Below, piece by piece: positions 11,769-24,450 of a stretch of 64,000 nucleotides of DNA. Each line of letters starts with the position of its first letter. The stretch's first letter is position 1. Below the pieces are notes generated by a model that was not told where the DNA came from, did no database searches, and saw only the letters and a program-made list of their open reading frames with translations. Made by a program: the position numbers and the translations under genes. This DNA comes from Malacoraja senta (lineage: Eukaryota): the NCBI GenBank assembly GCA_038087875.1, contig CM075989.1, positions 3,224,001 to 3,288,000 on the forward strand, given 5' to 3'.

Positions 11769-13894
11769 GAATACACCCTGATATTCATGGATATAATACT
11801 AAAGACTCATATAATAAAATATCTTTATACGCGGATGATATATTATTGTATATTACAAAACCTCAAATCACTATACCAAATATATTAAATTTAATTGAAG
11901 ACTTCGGATCTTTTTCTGGATATAGAATAAATTTGGAATAAAAGTGAAATTATGTCAATAAAACCGAAAGATTCAACACATCTTTTAAAATTCCCTTTTA
12001 AAATAGCTACAGAAAAATTTAAATATTTGGGAATCGAAATTACCAGAGCATATCAAGGTATGCTCAGGGCAAATTTTGACCCCCTACTTAATAAACTGAA
12101 TACATTAATTAAATTCTGGAAAACGCTTCCGATGTCTTTAATAGGCCGAATAAACGCAATAAAAAATGATCTTTTTACCACAAATTTTATACCTATTTCA
12201 ATCAATTCCTATATACTTACCTAAGAAGTTTTTTAAAAAACTCGACTCAGATATCACTAATTTTATATGGGACTATAAATCACATAGAATACAAAAAACC
12301 CATCTGAACAAATCTAAAGTATTGGGGGGTCTAGCACTACCCAATTTTTGTATTATTATTGGTCAGTAAATATTAAAAACATGATTCAACTGATGGATAA
12401 CTCCGCCCAGCAAGTAGACTGGATTGTAATGGAGAAAGAGGATTGCTCCTCTAGAAACATTGGAGCGATCCTCCTCTCTCCAATGAAATTGAATAACATA
12501 AACTATAATAAGAACCCAATTATTCATAGTACAATCCGTATTTGGAAACAAATAAAACAAAATTTAAAATTAAGAAACTTATCACTTTTATTACCTATAG
12601 TCAATAACCCTTCGTTTAGTCCTTCTATTATAGATAAAGCTTATACACAATGGGATAGACTAGGAATTAAAACGCTTGGTGACTTGTATGAAACTGGAAA
12701 ATTACTTTCATTTCAACAATTACAAATAAAATATAAACTCGGAAATAATCAATATTTTAAATACTTTCAAATATGCGACTATTTGAAAAAATATATAAAA
12801 GATCATCATAATAACCCAGCAGATGTATTGGACGAGGCAATGCAGACAAAAGCGGAATCAGCAAACTTAATATCATATTTGTACAATATTATCTTAAATG
12901 TACAAATACCATCTACGGAGGGTATCAGAAGAGACTGGGAACAAGAGTTAGCTATTAAAATTTCAAAGGAAAGTTGGAATGAATACTTATTAAAAGTACA
13001 TAAATGCTCGATTAATGTAAGACACACTTTAATACAATTTAAAATTTTACATAGATTATATTATTCGAAAACTAAAATTCATAAAATTTTCCCAAACGTA
13101 TCATCTATTTGTGATAAATGTCAATCCCAAGAAGCAACTATAGCGCACTCATTTGTCTTCTGTACAAAAATTCAAAAATTTTGGAATGAAATTTTTGAAA
13201 TCTTTACAAAGTTATTTAAAACAAGACTGATACCCAAAGCAGAATGGATTATCTTCGGAATAACGGAAGATGATCCAGAACTAAATGTGTTTCAAAAGAA
13301 ATTAATGGATTATGGGTTAATAACTGGAAAAAAGCTAATTCTAAAATTTTGGAAGAAGGCTCCAATACCAACTATAAATATGTGGATTTCAAATATGTTT
13401 GAAACACTACACCTTGAAGAGATAAGACTCCTCCTAGCAGGTAAACCAGATCACTTCCACCTGACGTGGTCTGCATTTATAGAATTATTACAAACATAGG
13501 GTGCAAAAGTACTTTAAAAAAATAAAAAATTGAGGTCGGGTAAGGGGGGATGATAGTTGAAGAGTTGGTATGTCCTATTTACGTGATGCTCAAAAAAAAA
13601 AACATTTGTTTTTCTTTTTTTTCTCTCTCTCTTTTCTTTTCTTAGGGCCTATTTCTTAACTCTTTTTCTTTTTGTTTTTAATTTCGCTCTCATAGGGTCC
13701 TCGTCCTTTTTTTTTGTTGTTACATTTTCTACACTTTTCTACACTTGCACTTTTCCTTCACTTTCTTCTCTCTTTCAATCTTTTCTTTCTTTAGTGTAAA
13801 AAAAATAAATAAAGGGAGTACATTAATTGTAAGAAGATATAAATGACGAGTATTAATGTATGTGGCTGTGATGTAATGTACTTCTAATAAATAA

Positions 13895-13944
<50 letters not shown>
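11769..13944 (+). mobile_element. 5'-truncated L1-clade LINE with poly(A) tail
   Basis: SLYADD and FKYLGI RT motifs, CDKC..H....C zinc finger, AATAAA, about 45-nt poly(A), short AAAAAATTA TSD. Confidence 0.95.
12348..13499 (+). CDS. L1 ORF2 C-terminal region (383-aa open segment)
   Basis: Continues upstream RT frames through homopolymer frameshifts; CCHC zinc finger CDKCQSQEATIAHSFVFC. Confidence 0.85.
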   Translation: MYYYWSVNIKNMIQLMDNSAQQVDWIVMEKEDCSSRNIGAILLSPMKLNNINYNKNPIIHSTIRIWKQIKQNLKLRNLSLLLPIVNNPSFSPSIIDKAYTQWDRLGIKTLGDLYETGKLLSFQQLQIKYKLGNNQYFKYFQICDYLKKYIKDHHNNPADVLDEAMQTKAESANLISYLYNIILNVQIPSTEGIRRDWEQELAIKISKESWNEYLLKVHKCSINVRHTLIQFKILHRLYYSKTKIHKIFPNVSSICDKCQSQEATIAHSFVFCTKIQKFWNEIFEIFTKLFKTRLIPKAEWIIFGITEDDPELNVFQKKLMDYGLITGKKLILKFWKKAPIPTINMWISNMFETLHLEEIRLLLAGKPDHFHLTWSAFIELLQT

Positions 13945-13946
<2 letters not shown>

Positions 13947-15374
13947 ATAATAACTGACGTTTCTTTATATTTTCCAACGGCCCGCAAAAATGTGTCAAAT
14001 ATAAATGTGGCCCTCATGCTGAAAAGTTTGGAGGCCCCTGCTCTAAACTAAACTAAACCAACATAAAACCACCAGCCAGATACTGTGATTCAGATTTCAA
14101 ATGCTCGTAAAATATCATTTTTTAAGAAAGGGGGATGCTGTACAGATTTTCCAGCAACTGGTGGTCTGGCATCTCCATTAATCCAGGCAAAATTACCAGA
14201 GCGCACTTGAAATTCCCTCTGGAAGTCCCCCCAAAAATGTGGCGCCTAAGCCGGGTGAGGCGGCCGATCATGACCTCATCAGGACTTCCGCGTCAAACGA
14301 TGGGTTGAATTTGCCCCCTGCGGCTGGGACGCTGGAACTCTGGCCCGGCCAGAGCCGGCAGATCCGTTCACATAGTCGACTTCCAAGGCCGACTTTGCGG
14401 GCCGGTATCTCGGCTCCTCGGTGGCCCAGGCGGAAGGTTCCGGTACCGTTGGACTCCTCTCGGAGGCCGTGACCTCTGTTGGTCCTGCATAACAGATAAT
14501 TCAGAAAGGCTCTGCAACCAAGGGTGCTGGGAAATCGATGGTGGGCCTGTATTGCCACTGTGTGGTTGTGACATACTGGGTGAGCACAGGACATACCAAT
14601 GTCATGTGACCAGGAGCAGTCTGAGGGCAGGAGCAGATTAAAGACCATTAAAGAGCAGACACCATTAAGTTGGAAGTTATTAAATGTGAACCACAACACA
14701 AAGTGCTCGTTATATTTGGTCCTGTTCATTATTTATACTCAGAGAGTCATAGAGTGATACCGTGTGGAAACAGGCCCTTCAGCCCAACTTGCCCACACCG
14801 GCCAACATGTCCCAGCTGCACTAGTCCCACCTGCCCGCGTTTGGTCCATATCCCTCCAAACCTGTCCTATCCATATACTAGTCTAACTGTTTTTTAAATG
14901 TTGGGATAGTCCCTACCTCAACTACCTCCTCTGGCAGCTTGTTCCATTTGTGTGAAAAAGGTACCCCTCAGATTTCTATTAAATTTCTTTATTTACATTT
15001 AACAACTACAAAACATAACACCTATCATCCATCCAAGCTCCACTTCCTTCGATGAAGTACATCTTCATCTACAAGATCTACTTCTTGTAGAAGTAGACAC
15101 AGAATGGTGGAGTTACTCACCCATTCCTTCTCTCCAGAGATGCTGCCTGTCCCACTGAGTTATTCCACCATTTTGTGTCTATCTTCGGTTTAAACCAGCA
15201 TCTGCAGTTCCCTCCTACACATCTACTTCTGGTAGATCTGGTATTCATGCCAGCTCCGTGTTCAGGGTCTTTTAACTCATTTGTCTTGTGATCTAGTCCC
15301 TCGGGATTCACGCTCCCATTCCAAGGTACAGTGAATAGCCTTTGTTTGCGTGCTATCAAATCAAATCAGGTAAT

Positions 15375-15908
15375 ACTGTACATGAATCAATCACAATCAC
15401 AATAATACTTTATTAGCCTCAAGCCCTCCATTGACGGGACGATCTTGACTCCTGTAGCCGGCAGCGTTTGGGCCCTCCGCATCCGGCGATTGGGCCCCGG
15501 GTCGGGGCTGGTCTAGCCTCTGCGTCGTTGGAGCTTCCCGACTCGGCCTCACCCGACACTGCGAGCTCTTGATGGTACGTGCGTAGGCCGCGGTTGGAGC
15601 GATCCCAGGCAAGGGATCGACTCCGATGTTAAGTCCACGCCCCGCGGTGGGGCTCAAGTCAGTCCGAGGAGGCCTCCAGCTCCATCGATGGTCGGCCGCA
15701 GAGCGACCTGAAAATTAATCGCATCTCCGGCAAGGTAAGAAACTGAAAAAAAGTTTTCCCCGACCCCTTCCCCCTCCCCCTCCCCCCAAATAAAACAAAC
15801 CGGAGAACATTTACACAAACTTTTAACACACACTAAAAAAAATTTAAGAGACGAAAAAACAGACAGACTGTTGGCGGGGCTGCCAATCGTGCGGTGCCCC
15901 CTGGTGGA
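15375..15908 (-). mobile_element. GC-rich non-autonomous retroposon with Rex-like AATAAAG-(ATTGTG)n tail
   Basis: Head similar to the 34052 element (CAGTCTGTCTGTTTTT); tail GGCTAATAAAGTATTATTGTG shared with the 53640-54062 element. Confidence 0.55.
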
Positions 15909-17209
15909 TAATAGAATCAACCTAAACACAGGTAGAGTGAAGAGAAATATGCCAGAGGGCAGGGTACACAGGAGATTTAAAAGCTTGGGGTGATCGTAGC
16001 AGAAGATAGTAGATCCTCCTCTGGGACCAGCAGGCAAAGATTCGCCATTTTCCAGCACCATCTTTGATGCCCACGGCCAGTTTCTAGATTTCACTAAAAC
16101 AATAGATTATAGAAACAATTATTAACTGTGAGGCATTTTGGCCTCTGAAAGCTTCTTTCAAAATGCAAATCTAGCCATCCCCACAGCTGAACGTGATATT
16201 TCAATAATATTGATTCTCACTATCGATCTAACAGTTCACTTTGACATCGCCGAACTAAACATTCGCACGGGCTGACAACAGTAAACCTTCAGCAAGAAAG
16301 GTTTCTCAGGAGAGCTCAACAAATGCAAAGCCTTTTGTGAGATGAAACTCGATATGTCTATCTTCACATCATTTCTATTAATCCTCCCTCCAAAGGCATT
16401 TTTGCATCTAAATCTATTTTTAGTCTTTCTTTGGAGATACAGCACGGAGAACAGGTCCTTCATCCTATCATCGATCACCCTTCCACTAGTTCTATGTTAT
16501 ACCGCTTTCTCATCCACTCATTACACACCAGGAGCCATTTTACAGAAGCCATTAGCCTACAAACCTCCATATCTTTTGGATGTGGGAAACCAGAGCACCC
16601 GGTGGAAACCCACAGAGTCACCTGGAGAACATGCAAACTCCACACGGACAGCACCCGAGGTTAGGATCGAACCTGGTCTCAGAAGCTGTGAGGCAACGGC
16701 TCTACCAGCTGTGCCACTCTGCTGCCCAGTAATTATACTATCCCACTGAGTGAAAGATTGTGGAAACAAAGAACTGCAGATGCTGGTTTACATAACAAGG
16801 TTCTGGAGTTCTGGAGTAACTCAGTGGGTCAGGCAGCATCTCTGGAGAACACGGATAGCCAACCGCTTGGGTTGGGTCTGAAGAAAGGTCCCTACCTGAA
16901 ATGTCACCTAACCATGTTCTCCAGAGATGCTGCCTGTCCCACTGAGCTACCCCAGCACTCTGTGTCCTTTCAGTGAAAGACTCTGGTCAGCTTCTACTTA
17001 CAGAAACACATTTCCACATATTTTTTAACATTGTGTCCCTTATCTCCTGAACCTCATGCTATTATTAAGAAATTGCTTGAATTATTATTTTTCATAATCT
17101 TCGCTTCGTAATCTTGAGAACTCCGTTTGCCCCATCTTAACACATCCTCTTTCTCAAGTTCATTTTAGTTTATTGTCATGTGTACCGAGGTACAGTGAAA
17201 AGCTTAGTA

Positions 17210-17540
17210 GTTTAGTTTAGTTTGGAGATACAGCGCAGATACAGGTCTTTCGGCCCAACAGGTCCACATCGACTAGCGATCCCCTCACACTAACACAGCC
17301 TGCACACACTAGGGACAGTTTACACTTACACCAAGTATACAAACCCAAGTCAATTAACCTACCAGACTGTACATCTTTGGAGTATGGGAGGAAACTGAAT
17401 ATCTCGGAGAAAACTCTTGCGCTCACGGGGAGAATGTACAAACTCCATGCGGACAGCACCCATGGTCGAGATCGAACCCGGGTCCCCTGGTTACATCAAG
17501 CGTTGTAAGACAGCAACTCTATCGCTGCGCCACCGTGCAG
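17210..17540 (-). mobile_element. HE1-like V-SINE
   Basis: Full head-to-tail copy on the minus strand. Confidence 0.85.
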
Positions 17541-18084
17541 CCCTACCCAGTCATCAGAAAGACAATGCATGATTACAATCGAGCCATTTACTGTGTATGG
17601 ATACATGATAAGGGAATAACGTTTAGTGCCAGGTTAAGCTGTAAAGTTCGATCAAGATTAGTCCGAGGGTCACCAATGAGGTAGTTAGTAGTTCAGCACT
17701 GCTCTCTGGTTGCGGTTGGATGGTTCAGTTACCTGATATAAAGGGAATACGAAAGACTTAACCTGAGCCTTTCTCAGAGCTTGCAATCTAGTGTCACTTT
17801 GTCATCTCTCCGGGGGAATAATCGCTGTAAATGCAGCAAGGATTGTCCAAAGCACAGCACCCAGCGACTGTCAGCACAGACTGAGTCCAACGCTGATGAA
17901 ATCGTCTCATCCATCTCTCAGCATTCACATGTTCAGCACAAATTCCAATGACTGCGGTGTAAACAATTCTTAGATACAGATTCAATTTTGCATTAATAAT
18001 AGTTCACAAATCGGTCCAGGAGCGGAGATAACTTTTATCAGGAAATGAGACTTCCATAATAAGTCCGTGCTGTCAAACCAAGCA

Positions 18085-18345
18085 AGATAATGGGTTCAGA
18101 ATGGCAGGCAGTGAGTGACTAGTGGGGTACCACAGGGCTCGGTGCTGGGACCGCAGCTATTTACAATATACATCAATGATTTAGATGAAGGGGCTCAAAG
18201 TAACATTAGCAAATTTGCAGATGACACAAAGCTGAGTGGCAGTGTGAACTATGAGAATGCAGGGTGACTTGGTGAGTGGGCAGATGCAGTTTAATGTGGA
18301 TAAATGTGAGGTTATCCACTTTGGTAGCAAAAACAGGAAGGCAGT
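18085..18345 (+). mobile_element. CR1 LINE RT fragment
   Basis: [34 protein letters not shown]. Confidence 0.9.
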
Positions 18346-18367
18346 GTATCCCAACTACACTAGTCCC

Positions 18368-18453
18368 GGGGATCACGACAGAAGCCTCCTCGTGGTGATC
18401 CCCGGAAACGACAACACGATGCACTGTGTGATGCGTCGGGCGACCAATCTGTT
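18368..18453 (+). ncRNA. Predicted HDV-like self-cleaving ribozyme
   Basis: P1 GGGGAUC/GAUCCCC, P2 GACAGA/UCUGUU, P3 GCC/GGU, L3 UCCUCGU, P1.1 CC/GG, P4 CGAC/GUCG, J4/2 CCAA. Confidence 0.7.
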
Positions 18454-18518
18454 AACGTGTTGGACGACGACGGGAGCCAACAGCGAGCTATGGCGTCTTC
18501 TGACACACGAGCAAATGA
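18368..18518 (+). mobile_element. 151-bp retroposon headed by an HDV-like ribozyme (possibly Ingi/Vingi-related)
   Basis: Perfect 11-bp TSD ACACTAGTCCC (18357-18367, 18519-18529); CpG-rich insert. Confidence 0.8.
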
Positions 18519-18711
18519 ACACTAGTCCCACCTGCTTGCATTTGGCCCATATCCCTCCAAACCTGTGCAGGAAGGAACTGCAGATACTGGTTTAAACCGA
18601 AGATAGACGCAAAATGCTGGAGTAACTCAGCGGGACAGGCAGCCCCTCTTGTGAGAAGGAATGGGTGACGAAGGGCCTGTTCCTGTGCTGTACTGTACCA
18701 GTGGCAAAGCC

Positions 18712-19228
18712 ATGAAGTCATAAGCTCTTGGAGCAGAATAATGCCATTCGGCCCATCAAGTCTACTGCCATTCAATCATGGCTGATCTATCTCTCCCTCC
18801 TAACCCCATAACCCCTGACACCCATGCTAAACAAAAATCTGTCAATTTCCGCCTTAAAAATATCCATTAACTTGGCCTCCACGGCTGTCTGTAGCAATGA
18901 ATTCCACAGATTCTCCACCCTCTAACCAAATAAATTTCTTCTCATCTTTCTAAGGGTACACCCTTTTATTCTGAGGCTCTGGCCTCTGATCCCAGTCTCT
19001 GCCACGAGTGGAAACACTCTCTCCATGTCCACTCTATCCAGGCCTTTCACTATTCGGTACGTTTCAATGAGATTCCCCCTCATCCTTCTAAACTCCTGCG
19101 AGTACAGGCCCAGTGCCCTCAAACGCTCATCATATCTCAACCCAATCATTCCTGGTATCAATCTTGTAAACCTCCTCTGAACCCTCTCCAACGCCAGCAC
19201 ATCCCTCCTCAGATATGGGGCCCACAAC
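18712..19228 (-). mobile_element. CR1 (HER1-like) LINE 3' fragment
   Basis: WAPYLRRDVLALERVQRRFTRLIPG...RGNLIETY plus CR1 3' UTR. Confidence 0.9.
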
Positions 19229-19514
19229 TACTGCTCAGAAAGCCCTCCATCATTCAGTTGGGGTTACTGAAGGAACCAACGGATTATTTCCAGGGCAATG
19301 ATGCTCTTGTTAAAATTACAATGAAAACACAAAGTACATGCTATAACTCCAGGATAAGTGCGCAACCAAGAAAACCAAGCCCAAAGCCAAAGTATTATCT
19401 AATTATTTAACTAAATATACCCTTACAATAATTAACTCCGTGTGCAAAAAACAACTACCTACATATTAACTAGCTCTTAAACAAAAAACTAATCCTATGG
19501 ATGCAAGTATATCA

Positions 19515-19832
19515 TTTAGTTTAGTTTAGTTTAATTTAGTTTAGAGATACAGCACAGAAACAGGCCCTTCGGCCCACCAAGTCCGCGCCGTCCATCGATC
19601 CTTAACACTATCCTCCACACACTAGGGACATTCTTTTACAATTTTACCAAAGTCAATTAACCTACAAACCTGTACGTCTTTGGAATGTGGGAGGAAACCG
19701 AAGATCTCAGAGAAAACCCACGCAGGTCACGGGGAGAACGTACAAACTCCGTACAGACAGCACCCGTTGTCAGGATTGAAGGCGGGTCTCTGCCGCTGTA
19801 AGGCAGCAACTCTACTGCTGCGCCACCGTGCT
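19515..19832 (-). mobile_element. HE1-like V-SINE
   Basis: Full copy with (TAAAC)n tail. Confidence 0.9.
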
Positions 19833-20153
19833 CCACCATGTCTCGTGTTGTAATTAAACAAATAAAACTCTTACGCAGTCACTGTAAGAAAATTGAAACC
19901 CTTCCAGTGGGACACACAGTAGGAAGATCAATAACCACGAAACAGAGATTCAACCGCAGGAGAAATTGGAAAATATGAAAAATAAAACTCATTGTAGTGA
20001 ACTTAAAACCTCATTGGTAGACAGAAAATGCTGGAGTAGCTCAGCGGGACAGGCAGCATCTCTGGAGAGAAGGAATGGGTGACGTTTTGGGTCGAGACCC
20101 TTCTTCAGACACATTCTTTCCTACACACAAAACCTCAGTGCATTTAAAACCAA

Positions 20154-21880
20154 TTGGATGAACACTTACAATACAAGGCGGAATCAGGAGGTAGCTCACA
20201 TGTCAGCGAAGCATCAATCCCTGACGAGTTCAATGCGTTTTACGCACGTTTTGATAGGGAGAACACTGATGTGCCTTCCCAAGCCCCCATTCGCCGTGAT
20301 GGTATTTCGGTCACAGTCACAGAGGTCGACGTCAGAAGATCCTTCAGAGGGGTGAACCCTCGGAAAGTGCCTGGACCTGATGGTATACCCGGTCGTGTTT
20401 TAAAAACCTGTGCGGACCAACTGGCTGGAGTTTTTATGGACACTTTCAACCTCTCACTTCTGAGGTCTGAGGTTTCCACCTGCTTTAAAAGGGCATCAAT
20501 TATACCGGTGCCCAAGAAGAGCAAGGTGACGTGTCTCAATGTCTATCAACCAGTGGCACTTATGTCTGTGGTGATGAAGTGCTCTGAGAGGCTGATCATG
20601 GCTCAAATCAACTCCAACCTCGACAAAAACCTGGACCCACTGCAGTTCGCTTACCGCCACAACAGATCAACGGTGGATGCGATCTCGCTGGCCCTCCACT
20701 CTGCTCTGGACCACTTGGACAACAAAACTCATATGTCAGGCTGCTATTCATTGACTACAGCTCGGCATGTAATACCATCATCCCCTCCAAGTTGGTTACC
20801 AAGCTCTCAGATCAGGGTCTCTGCAATTGGATCCTCGACTTCCTCACTCACAGACCACAGTCTGTCCGTATTGGTGGAAATGTGTCATCCTCGATAACAA
20901 TCAACACGGGAGCACCTCAAGGCTGCGTCCTCAGCCCCCTGCTGTACTCACTCTATACTCATGACTACGTAGCGGGACATAGTGCGAACTCCATCATCAA
21001 GTTCTCCGACGACACCACTGTTGTTGGACGTATCACTGATGGGGGAGAGCCAGAGTATAGAAGTGAGATCAACCGATTGACCAAATGGTGCCAGCACAAT
21101 AACCTGGCCCTCAACACCAGCAAAACCAAGGAACTGATTGTGGACTTTGGAAGGGGTAGGATGGAGACCCACAGTCCCGTTATATCAACGGGTCGATGGT
21201 GGAAAGGGTCAAGAACTTCAAATTACTGGGCGTGCATATTTCCAAAGATCTCTCCTGGTCCCAGAACACTGATGCAATCATAAAGAAAGCACATCAGCGC
21301 CTCTACTTCCTGAGAAGATTACGGAGAGTCGGTATGTCAAGGAGGACTCTCTCAAACTTCTACAGGTGCACAGTAGAGAGCATGCTGACCGGTTGCATCA
21401 TGGCTTGGTAGGCAACCTGAGCGTCCAGGAGCGGAAAAGGCTGCAATAAGTTGTAAACACTGCCCAGTCCATCATCGGCTCTGACCTCCCTACCTTCGAG
21501 GGGATCTATCACAGTCGCTGCCTCAAAAAGTCTGGCAGCATCATCAAGGACCCACACCATCCTGGCCACACACTCATCTCTCCGCTGCCATCAGGTAGAA
21601 GGTACAGGAGCCTGAAATCTGCAACATCCAGGTTCAGGAACAGATTCTTCCCCACAGCCATCAGACTATTAAACACAACTTCAAACAAACTCTGAACTAT
21701 AACACCCTATTGCACTTTATCTGTTTATTTATGTGTGTATATATATATTCTATGGTATATGGACACACTGATCTGATCTGTATTTATGCCTACAATATTC
21801 TGTTGTGTTGCAACAAGCAAGAATTTCATTGTCCTATCTGGGACACATGACAATAAACTCTCTTGACTTGACTTGACTTG
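20154..21880 (+). mobile_element. 5'-truncated Rex1/Babar LINE with frameshifted RT
   Basis: [73 protein letters not shown]; (CTTGA)n tail. Confidence 0.93.
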
Positions 21881-22949
21881 AAGCATGACCTTAGAGTTCT
21901 GGTTTGAGCACGGGGAAGAGGGATTAGTATGAACAGCTCCTGGTTGACCAAGTCCATCCAGAAACTGCACAATTTCCTCCTGTATCATGAATATCGATAA
22001 TTCTAAATCAATGTTCAGTGATATATTCGGCACTCTGCATCATTCCCTTCTCTCTACCTTTGAGTTTGGCTTTATATAGTTTGGCTTGTATAGAATTATC
22101 AGATTTGGTTGGATCGCACGCAAAACAAAGCTTTTCACTGTGCCTGAATTATTACCACGTGATAATTATTAACGAAATCTAAACCAGCATTTTATAGCAT
22201 GTTGGTTATGGATAAAATCGACTGTTTTCTCCATAAAGATGGTCTCCTTCCCATTTGGGCAAAAGGTATAGAAATGTGAAAATGCACACCTCCAGATTCA
22301 GGGACAGTTTCATCCCAGCTGTTATCAGGCAACTGAAACATCCAACCAACTACCAGAGAGCAGATATTTACAAAATGCTGGAGTAACTCAGCAGGACAGC
22401 CAGCATCGCTGGAACGAAAGAATGGGTGACGTTTTTGGGTCGAGACCCATCTTTATACTCTGGATAGTCCTGAATCTACCTCATTGGAGACTCTCAGATG
22501 ATCTTTTATCAGATTTTACTGGCTTTATCTTGCACTAAACGTTATTCCCTCTATCATGTATCGATTCTGTAGATGGCTCGATTGTAATCAGGTATTCTCT
22601 TACCGCTGATTGGTTAGCACGCTACAAAGGCTTTTCACTGTACACTGCACACGTAAGCAATAAAGTAAACGCAACTCAACTCAACTTCAGTTCCCATCTC
22701 CCCAGATGGAATAGTTTCTGTTGTTCAAGACAGTCAAGAGTCAAGAGTGTTTTATTGTCACATGTCCAGAATACATGTTCAAGGCTAAATATGAGTCAAT
22801 GCTGCTCCGCTATACCTATTTCATGCTGGAATAGCGTTAGTTTGAATTCATTTTCAGGAACAGTGCTTGCCGGGGCCTGATTAGTCATAGAGTGCTGCAG
22901 CATGGAAACAGGCCCTTCGGCTCAACTTGCCCACTACAGCCAACATGTC

Positions 22950-23231
22950 CCGTATAGGAGCAAAGAGGTCCTTCCGCAGTTGTATAGGGCCCCAGTGAGA
23001 CCACACCTGGAGTATTGTGTGCAGTTTTGGTCCCCTAATTTGATGAAGGACATTCTTGCTATTTCTCTGGATACTTTCAAGAGAGAGCTAGATAGGGCTC
23101 TTAGAGATAGTGGAGTCAGGGGATATGGGGAGAAGGCAGGAACGGGGTACTGATTGGGGATGATCAGCCATGAATGGCGGTGCAGGCTCAAAGGGTTGAA
23201 TGGCCTACTCCTGCACCTATTGTCTATTGTC
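22950..23231 (+). mobile_element. Internally deleted CR1 3' fragment
   Basis: VRPHLEYCVQFWSP joined to the CR1 3' UTR and (CTATTGT)n tail. Confidence 0.8.
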
Positions 23232-24450
23232 TTTCTTTCTTTTAAAATCTTTTTATTGATTTTTTTCCAAAAAACTAAAACAAAAATAAAACATAAAAAA
23301 CAGAGCAAAAAGAATAATGAAAAACATAACAATGATATTGATACATAGGGATCAGGATTACATTAATAACAGGTATAACCTAAATATGAGTCCAGTGTCA
23401 AAATACACAATGAATATAGACCTATGTAAATATGTAAATATAGTTAAATCTTTAAAAAGAAACTTATAAATGTTTAAAAAAAGCAAAGATGAAAAGACAA
23501 AAAGAAAAAGAAAAAACAAAACCCCTCTAAACTAAGAATTAAATTTGTTTCATAAAACAGCAAAACCGAATCTGAACTGATAAATTCAACAATTTAAGTC
23601 TGTTTGTCATCGTCCGTTCCACTCTATGTAGGTAAAATATTTTTTATAACGGTTACAGAGGGAACAATTTATGTTGTATGAAAATGTTCAATAAATTTTC
23701 CCCAAGTCTTATCAAATTTAACCAAGGGTTCAACAATGTCACTTCTGATTTATTCTAAATTTAAACATGATATAGTTTCAGAATACCACTGGAGTGTGGT
23801 TGGAATCTTTCCAATAAAATAAAATAAATCTTCTGGCAATTAATGTGGTAAAAGCAATCAACCGATGGGCGGAGCGGGACAAATTAATAAAATCTAACAT
23901 TGGTAACCCAAAAATTGCAGTTATAGGATGAGGTTGTAAATCTATACCTAAGACTACCGAAATAGTATCAAAAATGTCTTTTCAATATTTTTCCAAAAGA
24001 GAGCAGGACCAAAACATATGGGTCAGTGAGGCCACTTCAAAGTTACACCTATCACAGGTAGGATTTATATGACCATAAAAAGGAGCTAACTTATCTTTTG
24101 ACATATGAGCTCTGTGAACCACCTTGAATTGTATCAGAGTGTGTCTTGCACACATTGAAGAGGTATTGACTAATTGAAGAATCCTCTCCCATTTCTCTAT
24201 AGATAAAGACATTTGGAGTTCTCTTTCCCAGTCATTCTTAATTTTATCAAATGTATCTATTTGTAATTTCAAAATCAACTCATAAATAGTCGTTATTAAT
24301 CCTTTCTGATAAGGGTTCAACTGTAAAAAAAATTCCAAAATTTCGGGTTGATGTGGTAGCGGAAAAAGGGGTATGGTAGCCTTCAAAAAATGTCTAATTT
24401 GTAAATATCTAAAAAAGTGTGAATTAGGTAAGTTATATTTATTGGAGAGT
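23232..24450 (-). mobile_element. L1-clade LINE 3' fragment
   Basis: ORF 23982-24386 with LIQFKVVHR and CDRC..HMFWSC zinc finger; T-rich tail on the plus strand. Confidence 0.88.

Larger units (their letters stand above)
11362..14040 (+). mobile_element. 3' part of a hAT (Charlie/Buster/SPIN-like) transposon, interrupted by an L1
   Basis: hAT C-terminal dimerisation motif SIFGTTSLCEQTFSRMKFVKSKYRADLSDEHL (11404-11592); right terminus GTTTGGAGGCCCCTG at 14040 followed by CTCTAAAC. Confidence 0.85.

Noticed and set aside
12348..13499. 383-aa ORF as a host gene
   Set aside because: It is the C-terminal part of L1 ORF2.
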